The notes beneath the pieces were generated by a model. That model worked only from the letters and a program-made list of their open reading frames with translations. It was not told the origin of the DNA and did no database searches. DNA of 63,862 nucleotides, filler included, from Choristocarpus tenellus KU-1152 (lineage: Eukaryota; Protista; Phaeophyceae), in the NCBI GenBank assembly GCA_964200185.2. It is 8 parts of 8 records of this genome, joined end to end, with 100 filler letters (N's around TTAATTAATTAA, not from the genome) between each part and the next. Parts side by side here need not be neighbours in the genome. Positions count along the whole stretch, not along the records: positions 34,723 to 61,022 come from CAXNAD020000168.1; 7 more parts are not named here. One strand, given 5' to 3'. Made by a program: the position numbers and the translations under genes. Below, one piece after another: positions 44,201 through 58,026 of this stretch; positions within the stretch are counted from its first letter, which is position 1, and every line of letters begins with the position of its first letter.

Positions 44201-47200
44201 GGTCAAAAATTTAACTACAGGGTGCTTAGGTGTTTGTTATGTCATCTCCACGGGACATATGAACGGACAAATGAGCATCTTTACAGTGATCCACACACAC
44301 TTAGGTCCGTGGCAATGGCTGGGGTAGGTTTTCCCTCTGTTGTATTTGAAGATAAGGTGCCTGCTGCCCGTTATTTAAGCGATTTTGTGGAATGAGTCTT
44401 AGTCGTCACGTTCTGGCCTCTTGCTTGTTTTTGGTTTTCTCATCTGTGTTGAATGTCAAGGTTAGTTGGTAGCAGCCTGCCAGCAAGTTGGCCTTTTCAA
44501 CTACTTACTACAGCAAGATAATCCGTGGACGATGACTTTGTGTGCTTATGTAGGTTGAAAAATTGGCAGCCAAAATGGTTGAGATTGTGTTGTGCCTTCT
44601 TTCATTGTCACGAGATTCCAACGATTAAATCGGCCAAGCATATCTGCTGGTTCCCACCCCTATATCTGTTGTGATGGTATTACCACATGCTTGACTGAAC
44701 ATGTGCAGCAAGCACTCTGTAAGGAGCAGTTCTTGTGTTCTGTAGTAGTTCAAGGTTTGGTGTTTAGGGATATCCTTACGGAACGAAAAACCTTCAGTGA
44801 GCATTGGGCATTCTCCTACTTATTTTGAAATTTAGAACTCCTTTCTGGATTAGGCAGCAGGTATCATGAATAGGTGCATGCCAGCTTGTCCTAATTCCAG
44901 GACATTTGGGAGAGAAATATCAATCCTTCTCAGATAAGATGAGCGATTTGGGGGCCATTTTGCAAATACCTGTTGTTTAAATTGATGAGTCTGCTGTTAC
45001 CTGCATGTGAAACTGGAAGGAATTGGACGGGTGAATTTAACAATGTCAAAGCAAGCTGCTGGTGTTTTTAATGTATCATTTATTTTTCATTTTAGATGCA
45101 AGCCATCTTACCAAATATTATTTTCTATAAACAGGCCCTAGTGGAGCTGTCAATCACCATACGCTTGTCTCAAGATTCTGTATCTTTAGATCCAACCAGA
45201 AGTGCTTCAGATCATAGGAACTCATCCACTCTTCAAGATCTGCCACCTGATGCTTCAATGCCTAGGATGCTACCCCCACCACCACCTGAGAGAGTGGCAG
45301 AGAGGGATTTTTGCCATGAGTGGGACAGCGGGTTGGTCATGAGTGATGAAGGGTGGGAGCTGTGGAGCGGAGTGGTGAAACAGGTAGGAAACCTACTTTG
45401 AACATTATGACCAAGAATGTTTCTAGTTTTGGTAGTGCTTTTCCCGCTTACTTTTATGCTGGGTTACTGAGCTGCAAATACGATAACAATATATTTGCAA
45501 GCATGCTGCCATTTTAGGCATATTTTTTCAGCATACCTTTAGAGGTTGATGTATCTCTCCACCTGTAATGTTAGGCAGTTGTATGCTCCTTGATTCAGTT
45601 TGTTTCAGGGGATTTTTATTTATTCCGCCAATGCCAGAGCCCTAAATGGGTAGATTACATATTCCAACAGAGTTCAGTTATGAAACGTCTTGTGGCATGC
45701 TCTGAACACCGGATCATCCGGCATCTTTTTAGGGGTTGAAATTGTTGACCATAAGTACTGACTCATCCATTGAAGTATATTTCGACGGATTGTATTTTTT
45801 TTGTGAGGTGTTCTAAGTTATCTTGGAACCACATGATGGACTCACAACAGGGACAGAGAATATGGTAGAGTAGGGTTGTGGGTAGTGTGCAGCATTTTAT
45901 GACTATGCAAGAAACTGTTGACAGTATCAATTTATGAATGCTCTGCTAGATACAAAGAGTTCTATACCCAAATTTACAACAAGAGCATGCCTGTCTTCAA
46001 CAGCACAAGGTGAAGTGGGCAAAGGGAGGAGGATCAGCTAGCACTGAATCAATTTCCGAACACCTTCGCTCGGCTCATGACAGCAGTGATTCTCCACCTC
46101 TTCTCCTCCCAGGCTGCAAAGTTATCAAGGTATCGTGTTAACAGATCTTGCAAAGTTGTTTGCTTCAAGTGCGCTTTGAATGAGCTTGTACTCACTGAAA
46201 CAACCAAATGTTGGTAAGTCGTACAGGTGCAAGACTGTTGAAATGGACTCATGGACAAAAATAGTGTAAGCACACTCTAGCCCTTGGACTTGTTAAGGGA
46301 GAAATGATAGTTACGTTGTAGTGCTTTGAATGCTCGTATGGGAAGTTCAGTGTTCTCTGTTTCAAGTGTGTGGCATAAGGTCACAAGATAAGTGGCAACT
46401 ATGTCTTGGGAGATGGACTGTTGAATTGTTGTGTGATTGTGAGCCTGAGTGTCAATTTATTGAACAATAGGTGAGCAACCTAGGCGTGCAGTGCATTTCT
46501 TTTTTGTTACTTCTTTTTTTGGTTTCTACCATGTTTAGATTGAAAATTCAACCTGGCACATTTTGACAAGTGCTATGAAACGGCAACAGTTGTTTAACTC
46601 ACACTATAAGCTTTAGCTCACTCCTTACCCTCCTGAATTTTCGGTAAAGGGGCCTGACTGGAGTTCAGCATATGCCAACCCCTGCACAGCCAGTGAGGAA
46701 ACAAATACTTCCCAATGTCAGGAATATGGGGATGGTCGGGAGGATGTGATCAACACTGGAGAAAATTCCTCCAGCGTGGTTCCTGAGCTCGGACGGGATA
46801 ATCTTGCAATGGACACAGATGATTCCAAGTCAGAGGAAAGTTTGAGGCAGGGTGAACAGGACGCACAAGAGGATGTGATGGAAGAGATCAAGTATGGGGG
46901 GGGAATCCTAGAAGAGAACTTGGAAGGTGCAGGAGGAGATGTTGGGCAAGAGGATGACAACAGGGAGAAACTTGAGGGTGACATTCATTCAAGTCTTTCC
47001 CCCACCTCTTTGACATCTGGCACTATCTCACGAAACCCAGTGGGAACGGTGGAAGAGATCATTTCCTGGGAGGGAAATCCTGGCCTGGGCCGAAGGGTAC
47101 GATGGCCAGACAACTCTGTTGGAGACTACAGATGGGGTGGGGAGGGCTGCCTGGACCTTGTTCACGTAGAGGTTGATGACGATGGCAATGTTAAGAAGAG

Positions 47201-50200
47201 ACATTCTCCCCCTCAGGTGATAAATGGATGTCTCAAGGAACATGATCTCTTTTATCTTTTGCTTGAGAAAATGTGTGCAATCTATACACTATGCCTCACC
47301 TGTACTTCTATCTTGGCGTACCCTTCTCAATTTGGCAGACGCGTGAAAGTGTTGCTGCCAAGCATGGATTTGGTGCTGTGATGACGTATGGTGTTTTGCT
47401 CCGAATAAGACCTAGCTCAGCTAATCCTGTGAGCAGCGGACGCAGTCTACATGGACAGCCTGGAGACATAGTAAGCCCTAATAAATTGGCAGATTATCAG
47501 TCTAGTCTGTTGACTTCACTTGCCTTCCTGTGAAGAATTTCTTTGAAATGGGCAGGTGTTTCATTTCTCACCACTTTGATGGTTACAGCTTCTGATTTTG
47601 GTTCAATATATCCTCACATAGCAATGTTGGAATGTAGTCACACAGCTATCCTCATTTCTCTCAGCCCCCCAAAATGACTAAGCTATGTTTTGGTTTATAC
47701 TGTAAATGTATTTTGTGTTGATATGTCATCCCGCAGCTGCACGTAGTAGGTGTGCATGTGTCCTTTGAGGGATTGAGTATGCCTCGGCAATCCAGAGGTG
47801 CCTTGAACCAGTTGTATTCTTTATGCAATAATAACCACCAACCCTAACCCTCTGCTACTGTTTCTGCTGCTTTAATATAGGCGTTACACTTTCCATCCCG
47901 CTTCCAGCATTGTACTACACCTACAGTAGGTTTAGCACCTCACATCACCTTGAGAGATTGTGTACACTAAGCACCCATTGCTGGATCTATCTTTCCTATT
48001 GCTATTGACTTCCAACCTTGCATGTTTCATATTTTTTTTGTAGTGCTTCGACGTAGCCAACAGTCAGGAGGGCACTGGGGTTGAAGGACACTCTCCAGGG
48101 ATGCCTGTGGCTTTTGAAGGGGTTCTTGAATGGCCCGACTTTTGTGCTGCTGCAAGGGTTGTGGGACTGCGCTGGGCCGATGGTACATTGGAATTCCGAG
48201 AGGAGAGTCTTTTGTCGGGCACTGCAGATCTGGGGTGAGTGAACTTGTACTATATCCCTTTTATGTTTGAAAACATGTTATGATAACCATTGACCAAGAG
48301 GTTGGATACGTTTATGTTACTACTAATAGATGTAAATTCTCTGATAAGGTGTAGTCATCCTAACATAAGTGGGAAACAGATTGTTTGCCAGTATGGTAGA
48401 GATTTTTGCATGGAGCCGTGGCAAATCTGTTCATCTCATCAATTTCTAATACATAATTAATAGTTGAGAAATGTGTTGTACCTCTTCAGGAGTGTGAAGC
48501 ACATAAAAAACCTGTTGGATTATTTATCATTCTCTCTGCTATGTTTATGTTCCTGTTATTGGTTAATGATGTACTGAGCTTCAAATGTAGATTTTTACAG
48601 GTTTGCTGAATTGTCAAGTCTGGTTCATCTGTAGGGAACATGCATGATCTTTCTGTGTGAAGAGTAATCAATACTGCATCCTTCAGGTAATTTCATGGTT
48701 ACTCTGTCTGGGTATGAGCCAAGGGCAGATCAAAAAACTGCCAAGCGAAGAGCCTGCGTGGATTGAATATTCTTCATAACCGTGACTGACTATCTCGCTA
48801 CTTCCCTTCAAAGATGCTGTTTGGGTGTGATGCATTTTGGTAGAAGGGCCAATTATTCAAGGCTTCAAGTGGTATGTTAATGTGTTCAATGTTCTCCATG
48901 CAATTTGTTGCACTTGAGGTGCTGCAACTCGCATGCTAAGTTTCACATAATTTTTTGCATACAGATGGTTGGCACGCTTTGGAGATGATGCTTGGAGGAG
49001 CGATACGGTTTATCGCCTGACCTTAAGGGACCCCTCTGGGGTCTACAAGGAGGGTCAGGACTTGGAAGGAGGTCACCAACTCTGTGGGGTGAGCATACAG
49101 ACACAACTTCCTTGTATTGGTTGAAATATGTTTGTAGGTTTGTCTGGTGATGTGTTACGATGAGGACGTGTTGATGCGATCTGTGATACTACTCTTTAGA
49201 AATACAAAGCTTGTGTTGGTGGCTGTGTTGTACCTTCTTGTTGTCTTGATACTTGATTCGAACCTCCTCAAACTGTGTGGGCACGTTCATCTTAGCTCAG
49301 AGTCCTCCACTCCAGCAAGAATCCTTGAGCATATGTTTTGTCTTTCTCCCCTGCTTCCCTTCAACCGTTGATATCTTCAATCATAAAGATTTGCTGGTGC
49401 TGATCTCGCTAGGTGCGTTGATTGACTTTTGATGCCCCACTTTTCGATGGCAGTCCTTCTCCTACTCAGTTCCAATGGGTGTACATGAGGTGATGGTGAC
49501 GGGAGACATGCGCTTGGGTCAGAATGACCTCTTCACCCTGAGTCAAGATGGGCATGCCCCTTCAGTGACAGTCTCATCTGGCGGGCGTATGGCCACATGC
49601 TGCAGCTCTGATTCACGGGGTACTGTTTATGGCACTGTGGGCTTCTCTCGTGGTGTACACTATTGGGAGGTAATGCTTGTTCGAATACAAGTGGCCTTAG
49701 CACATTGTGTTGAGGGAGTATATTATCAAGTCTTGAGGTCTCTTGTGTTTTGCCTCATTGCATGCACGGTTGACAAAAGGAACGTAGAACAGGTTGCTTT
49801 TGTTTCCTAGAACAGAAATGGATAGGTATCGTACCAGATCATCGTGTAATTTTCCTCAGGGGTCAGAATCAGGGAGGTTGTGAGAGTGGTACTCGAGATT
49901 TTTTTTTTTCTCTGAAATTATTTAGCATTCCTTAGCTCTTGGAGGATGGTGTTTGTTTCTAATTGTGTAAAGAGTATTCACCTATTAACACAAGTTTTCC
50001 CATGCACATTATTTACAATTTTCCAGGTGAAAGTGGTTCAAGGGGAGCCAGGTTGCATATTTATTGGAGTTGCTGAGAAACCGTCTCCTCCCAGTGTAGG
50101 GGGAATACCCAGACTCACGCGATGGCAGGGACTAGGCTTTGTGAACTACCGGGCTACCTATCACAACAACAATGAGAGAGTGTATGGAGACCACTTTCAC

Positions 50201-53200
50201 AGGTGAAGACATGAGAAATTGACTTGAGAGCACACAGAAGTGGGATATACATATATAAATATATCTTTACTCTTCATTTCTTGAGTGTAGAATTTCGTAG
50301 GCCAGTGGTTTTGTCGTGTTTGTGTTTTCCTCAGATTATGATCAAGAAGCCTGACTTCGTTCACCTGCTATTATGACCTCAGTGGAGACACTGTTGGTGT
50401 TCGCTTGGACATGGAGAAGGGTACACTTTCATTCTTCCTGGATGGGATGAAGTATGGAGCACACGTGATCAGTGACCTAGGGGTGGCGTTTGAGAACTTG
50501 GCAGGTGCGTTTGACACTATTTGCTTCTGACATGAGTAATTTGGTTGTGAATATATGATACTTCTGATACGTCAGTGGCACGCTAGTATTGACATTTTAT
50601 GGTTAATTTTTCTTTTGACGATGCACTTTTGCCATGGTCCAATAGCTGAGAGTGTAGTGTGATGAGAGCTAGTCCCAACTTGTTTAACCTCTTTGTTGAA
50701 TCCTCTCCACAATGTGAATTTCTGCTCCTCTCAGTGTTCTACACTGCTCAGCACTTGTACTAGGACTAATCTCTTAGTGTAAGAATGAGTACTAGTTCTG
50801 GGTTCCTAAAACCAAAGCACCTTATCTCTAGGGAATCTCCTTCTCAGCAGGGTGCCTTGGTACGTCAATTCACTCAGCTAACTGCGTTCTTCATGTCCAC
50901 GTGTATGCCAAGACCTAAATACTTTATGGCAATTGATCAGCCTATTCTTCACCATTTTTGCTTTGAAGTCCTCCTATACTGACTGATTCACAGCCAACAT
51001 TTAGGGCATGCTCGTTTGCCCTGTTTTGACCTATTTAATGGAATATTGACGAGGTTGATCTAACTCTCACAAGCACCTTCAACACTCCCCCAAAGAATGA
51101 ACACGAAATGACCTCATGTATACTTATGGGTCAGGTTAAAGACCTGTCACAAGTGTAGTATCCGCAAGACTTTATGTCTTCCTCATCATTGTGGCCTTTA
51201 CATTTACTCGCACCCCTCTCTGTTGAAGAATTATCGTATTCCTGATCAAATTCAATGGTTCTTGAAGTCCAGTGCATAGTGGATGTCTGCCTTCTTGTTT
51301 TGTTTGGCGTAGCTATTTGCTGCTCAGTACCCACATCAAAGCACAACTGCTATTTTTATGTACTCGATTAGGTGTCTGACGGGAATGTGGTCTGTTCCCA
51401 GTCAATTTCCACCCATGCGTTTCATGTTGTGTTGCCATGTTGGGATTCGCTACAATAGGCAGTTGGTTGTTAGACAAGAGGTTGAGGGCAGGGACTAGGC
51501 TATAGTCAGGGCAGAATTGGTTCACACCAATGTAGAAATATAAGAGACCTAACCCTAACCCTAATTCCTCTACTCAGGTGGACGGCCCAAGTTAAAACCA
51601 CGTACATTCTTCCCTACATTTGGGTTCCGCAAGAATGGTGACCGCATAACAATCACAGGAAAGTGGCTGTCCAGCCCAGGCACCCACCCCTCTGCTGCCC
51701 TTGACAATGCAACGGCTGTGGCATCCCTTCTTTGTACATGGGAGAAGGCCGGTGAGGAACAGAGTAGCCAGGAGCACAGAAGTCGACCTTTTGGTTACAC
51801 CAAGGCCCAAGGAATGGTTCTGGAGGAGAGTGCAAGCGATCCTGCTCCTATGATCAGCCCAAGGGGTGTAAATGCTGACCAAATGATGGCATCAGATGAA
51901 GGATATCGAAAGCCCAAGTATAGTGCAAGTGCTGACTTACCCAAGTGGCTCTACCAAGCAGCATGGCAATCATGGAATCGTTGGAGGTCTGGGCGATGGC
52001 ATCGAATAACCACTCGTGCACAATCAGGATTGATGGTGGATCTAGACTGCTCCCCGTTGACATGCGTGAAGTGCTCACTTCTCCTGGGTTTGCGAGCACC
52101 GGTTTTTGCTGGCGACAGAGTTCGCCTCTCTGTGTGTGGGGGCAGGTCATTGGAGCAGAAAGAAGTTGCAGTAGTTCTTGGCGCTTACAAGGGGCGCCTG
52201 TTTTATCGGATAGAGGTGAGTAGGGCTACTTGACGTGACTGATTGGCAGTTCTTCAGTTTTTCCCTGTGGACTAGGTGGACTAGGAAAAACTCCAACATT
52301 TTTTTCATATTCTGTATCTCACTTACCCCTTCCAAATCTGCAGTCCCAGCGAAATGAGGCAGCAAGTGAGGGCTCATCAGTAGCATGGTGCTGGTCTCAG
52401 AATGATATAGATGGTATGGAACTACTGGAGCGAGCCCCTGGCATTCCCAAGTGGGTAAAGGACATTCCATTGAATCCGGTGGCTCAGTTCAAGGGTTGCA
52501 GGTGTGTTTCAAGTGTTTTGTGTATCAGTAAAGAATGTAAGTAGGACCATTTTTTTGCTGGGGTGTGGACCGATCTGAGAAATGTAAGTAACATCATTTT
52601 TTTGCATAGTCATATTGTACCACTGATCTATATCACCCCAAATTTACTTTGCTTCATACTCTATTGTGCAGGGATGGTTGTATTTTGGTTTTGTTGGTCA
52701 TGCTAGTCAAGGGCTGGAACATGAGTATTTTTTTCTTAAAACGAAATATTGAAAATAGAATAGTGATAGTGTATCATTGTTCACAAGTTCCTGTTGTTGT
52801 GGGACAGGCTCCAGTTAGTGTATAGTGACGGGGCAGTGATCCGTGATGGTGTGGAGATCGACACATCAGAGCTCATTGGGACAATTGACCAAGGTGCTTT
52901 TGTTGAAGCAAAGGAACGGCGGGTGAATTCTTCCAATATTGTGAGGTACCTCATCAACCACAAGGGAACCACAGGATGGATCAGGTAGGTTTAGTACTAA
53001 GAATTGTTGTGTGTTGATTGTGGTGCAATGGCCCTTGTTCATGTGTCCTAATCTGACCATTGGATGTCCCAAACTTCATTCCAACTAGTGAGCGGATTAG
53101 AGGAGGGGATGAGGACCTGATTGTGAGGAGACTGCCAGAATCTGTAGGAAAGCGTTCGGAGATTGAGAGTAGTGGATTGGAAGATCTACAGAGGAGTGGT

Positions 53201-56200
53201 GACAAAGCTCGAATGTTGAAGAGCAAGCTTGACAGTGGTGCCAGTGCTTTTGACATGGATCTTGTAGACCGCCTTCGAGAGTGGGAGGCCAGCGTGCGGG
53301 CTCATGCAGAGAAGCATCATGAGGGAGTTACATGGCTGGTTGGACTACATTGCATGGATGAAAATGAAGAGGATCAGGAGGGAGAAGACCAAAATCATAC
53401 TATGGAAGGGTTTATGGAACTTGCTTCAAGGACAGGGAGGGCAGGCACTGATGGGTGCTGGAAGCTTGAACAGGACATGCAGATTGCGGAGCTCACAAAT
53501 GAACTGTGTGACCTGTTTGGGCAAGAGGTGGGAAGTTGTGAAAGGGAAGGGGAACGGAAGGTGCAGAATATCTTTTCTAGGCCATGATATAATGAGATAA
53601 TTGCCGAGCCTCTTGCAGTTGATCTCAGCACTTTTGCTTGTTTGCAAACTGACTCCACCTAACACACCTACAACCTCTTTAATACCACTTTTTTTCTCCT
53701 GGTGATGGTCTAGCCACATAATCTGGACTTCACCAGGCTGTACATTGCACTTGCAGGTGCAACGGGGACCAATCAAGGAGAGGGGGTTGAAAGACCAAGT
53801 GATTCAGGAGAAGCACAGTTGTATATGACATCTGTGGCGTCTATGATGGCCTCCCCTGACAAGCAGGGTCTGTCTGGTATCTCTGCATTGCGGCTGCTTG
53901 CAAGAGTAGCAGTTCTTCGCGCCTTCAACGATATTATCTCAAGAGCACTACCCCTCATGTCCCTCAACCTTCCAGAGGTTTGTTTAAGTAACATGCCAAT
54001 CCCCACATTGCAACTTGCTAGTATGAAGTTATGATAAGTGTCTAGATTTAGGAAGAACGAACTGTGAAAGTATAGTTGAATGCTTCTTTTTGTGGACAAA
54101 CTATCGACAGGAGGACTGGGAGAAGCACACGCTGGGCTCTGGCGAACTGGTGTCAACCATATCATCTGTGTCCCCTGTAACTGGGGGTGCTGATGGTTAT
54201 GGTGGCATCCATTCACAGAGAGATTCATTGCTCGAGGAAACCGTGCCGTGGAAACCACCCTGTACAGGAAGGCGTCTACGGGCTCTGAGGCGGCTAGTGT
54301 TCACACACACAAAACGGTGAGAATGACTTAGAGTTGAGTCGATTACATGTACAGTTAGTTTGTAGTTGATGAGAAGTGGTGCCGTGTGTAGTCCTTAAGA
54401 CCATGGGTTGGGCTAGATTCCTAGCCCCACACTAATGTTAAACCTAATAGTACTGAAAAGTATAATAATAATAGTGGTATGTTAGGAATGTAGCCTATAT
54501 ACGACAGCAATATAATGCGCTGGTAAAACGATGATGTGTTTAACATCAGTCACTTCTACCCTGGAGTAGTTAACAAGCATTCAAATCGTTCTTCATATTA
54601 TGCAGGTCGTATTGGGAAGGGATTCTAGTGGCCACATCCACTGCCACCCCTCTGCACCATGACGAATTTGAGGACCCTATGGAGGTGCGTCTGATTCGAA
54701 TCAACCGTGTCCGAGCCACTCCCAATCGGGTGTCATGCATTAGCAATACATCAGAGCGGCTTCGGCACCTGGTCTTTGGTCAGCTGCACAGGGAAATGCG
54801 AAGCTGGCCATCGTCTTCCTTCCGGAGGGCTTACATTGGGAAAGGACATGGTGGTCAACGACGAGCATTTAAGGCAAGATTTTGAGACAGTTGGGTATAT
54901 TTTCTAGACTTCATACATGCTGGGCATACGCTAGCCTACAAAGCATTGCAATTTGTTGTAAACTTTCTTCTTGTGCTTATGGAATGAATGTATGTTTATG
55001 ACCCTCTAGTGACCATAGTCATGTGTGGTTTAACTTTCACTTTTTTGTTGTTGCAGGTGAACTTTCTTGGAGAAGGGGTGAACGACTACGGTGGTCCATA
55101 CAGAGCTGTCTTCGAGCAAGTGGTGGATGAGCTTCAGCACGACCAGTTAGCTTTGGGAGGGAAGTGTCAGACAGATCGTTGCCTCTTGCCCCTCCTGGTT
55201 CCGTGCCCCAACCGTTCTTCAAATGTTGGAACCAACCAGGACAAGTTTATTTTTAACCCAGGACCTGCAGCCATTTCACCAGTCACACAGGAACTAGCTG
55301 AGTTCCTCGGCAAGATGGTTGGCATGGCCGTGAGGCATGGACTGCAAATGGGACTGGATTTACCATCAACTGTGTGGCGGCCTTTGGTGGGCTTGCCCCT
55401 GACTTTGAACCATCTGGGGAGCATTGATGTCTTGGCGGCTAAGGTATTTATAATTCAAACATGTTTTTCTGTTTTACTATACTTGGCCCTAGTCTGCAGT
55501 GAATGTGGAACATTCAGATGATCTGACAGATGTTAGGTCCGTGATGTATGAAGGTATAGTGCCCCAATCTCCTTTCCTTGTCATTGGGAGAATGAATCAT
55601 GCACTCAGCTTTGAAATTTCCTCTTACTTCGAACTGTATCCTGTATGAACAAGAAAGGCTGATAGAGTAGTTCATATCTTGCCGCCGCCGGTTCTCCTCA
55701 TCCTATCCACAGGCGCTGGAGAGAGTGATCGAAAAAGGGTGTGGACAAGAGTCTAAGGGCTTTGGTGCAGATCCTAATGGGCAAAAAAACGAAATTGCTT
55801 CACCAACGGTACGTCTTGTTGCTTCACAGCACAGTCACCCTCATATGCACTTGTTCTAGCACAAGCAAAAGTTGATCTCAACGATTTTTTGTTATTTTGT
55901 CGAAGTTGCCCCTTGATAAGTTGAAAGCGTTGAATTTTTCTAATAGAGTTTGTTTGAATCTTGCCACCATTTTGCTGCTTACCTCTAGGAGTGGGAGGAG
56001 TTGAGCTTCACCGCACACCTTAGTGATGGTTCACAGGTTCCGCTAAAGTCTGGAGGAGAAAATGAGAACGTGAAGCTTGACAATTGGCGTGAGTTTGTGC
56101 AGCGTTCAGAACTCTGTCGACTGCGTGAGTCAGCTCCAATGCTGCAAGCGTTCCGAGAGGGCCTTGCTGCAGTCCTTCCTGTTGAACTGTTTTCTATCTT

Positions 56201-58026
56201 CACACCCAAGGAGCTTGAAAGGCTTGTATGTGGAGTGCGGCAGGTGGGCATGGACTGGCTGCACATGTTTTGCTGTACTGAAGAAGTGTTAGCTTGGCAT
56301 TGCACACCAACAAATTGTTGCAATCACTGTATGTGGTACTATTTTTCAAGTCAGTTGTGAGGAATAGCTCCGAGTGTGTGGTGTTGACTGTGTTGAATGA
56401 TTACAGATTTGGTCATTTTAGGGGAGGCCTGCAAAAGCATGGTATGCTTGACTGAAGATAAATCAACTTTTGCCATAGATGTTATCTTACGTTACGTCTG
56501 CAGATGGTCCTCATTGTGCACCTTGCACAGCATCTCGGTATTGACATTATATTTGACAATTGTACACATGTCTGGCATCCCGTGAGCAGGTGGATGTGGA
56601 CTTGCTGCACCAATGCACAGAGTACGAGGACACTAATGCAGACAGTCCTCACGTCAAGTACTTCTGGGAGGTATGAACTGAAACTTTTTTCAAGTGCCCT
56701 TGCAGAAGGAACAAACTGTGGTCTTTTACTTCTACTGACTACTCTGTCATCCAGGCCAATATTCATGACTACTTGTGTTGTGTTGCCTTCTTGTATTGCG
56801 CACATGATATGCTACGCCTCAAGTCACCCACGCTTTTTTTCTCCCCTCTTTTATCAGGTGATGCGTGAAATGCTCCCCAGTGAAAGGACAGCATTCCTGA
56901 GATTTGTATGGGCCCGTAGTCGCATGCCTCCTAGCACTAAGGACTTCCCCACAACCTTCAAGATTCAGGTGTGTGTGCGGTGTGAGCTGATATGGTGAGT
57001 AAAATGGGACTTTGTAGGGCACCTCTGAGTCATCATGGGGGAGGAACCTTTTTTGTTGTTTTGACAGGTCGTCCCTCAAATGTAAGGAAACAGATCTTTG
57101 TTCATGAGAGTTCACAGCATATTGCATTCCACTCGTATTTAATGTGCTCTTAAGAAATTATGTTGGAATTATGCTGATATGATGTAACTGAGAGATACCA
57201 CTTAAGAGGTAGTGCTTAATGTTGTTTTGAGCAGTGCGGAAGACACTTTTGGTTTTTGATGTTTTCATGCCTAATCTTCCCTTGTATGGTCACAGTCACA
57301 CCCTTCCACAGGGGATAAACCGCATTTGAAGCTTTTGCATGGTCTATGCTGAAATTGACTCTTCTCTTTGATGGTTTCACTCAGCACTTAGCCTGGGAAG
57401 TAGATGAGGGAAGACTCATACTTGTCTCTAATTAGACAAGTATGAGTCTTCTCCGTATCAGTATATCATGATCAGCAATAATTTTTGAGTGTGGGGTGTT
57501 AGATGGGATGACTACTGTAGGTCAGAGATAAAACAAAGGGCAAAGCACAGACTTGTGTTCAAATAGTTTCTTGCGTATTGTGGTAAATGCTATGGAGCTT
57601 CCCTTTGTGATGACTGGAGTTTCAGTGATTCTTCAACTTGCTGTAGAATATACTAGAGCATCTTCCACCCTGTTCCACACTCCGCCAGGTCATGGTGATG
57701 AAGATAGAAAAAAAAAACGCAATGAAATATGCATGCAGGAGACAAGAAGTGGTTGTGATATATGTTGCCATGCACTCTTGTTCATTTTCATTCTGTTGCT
57801 TCCTTCATTGTTGTTGTCTTTCCTTGTGCAGGCACCTGTGGGTGGGGCCAAGGAGCACCCTGATGACTATCTCCCACATGCACAAACATGTTTCTTCTCG
57901 CTTAGTCTTCCAGTGTACTCCAGCAAGGAGCAACTGAGGAAGAAACTTCTGTTTGCAATCAAAAACTCCCCCAACATGGATGCTGATGTACGCCTTCACA
58001 ATGCTGAGGGCTGGGCGGATACATAG
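34915..58026 (+). CDS. Giant HECT-domain E3 ubiquitin ligase (UBA-UBA-SPRY-MIB/HERC2-SPRY-SH3-like-HECT), 3' part, roughly 30 exons
   Basis: UBA MMEMGFPKEWCEVAL (35641) and LMEMGFPPSWCTKAL (36340); SPRY GKWYYE..GCMQLGW/GDVVGCAIDLD (37082-38160); GCKVIK|GPDW...RVRWPDNSVGDYRWG (46113-47160); second SPRY GVHYWEV/GDTVGVRLDMEKG (49600-51660); HECT FLGEGVNDYGGPYR, FLRFVWARSRMP, YLPHAQTCFFSLSLPVYSS with catalytic Cys; stop TAG at 58024-58026. Confidence 0.95.
39240..39496. mobile_element. MITE family A (HECT gene intron)
   Basis: TGAATGTATTTTAGAGGGTACG...TACCCTCTTAAGATAGTTTGACT; internal sequence matches the other A copies. Confidence 0.85.
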
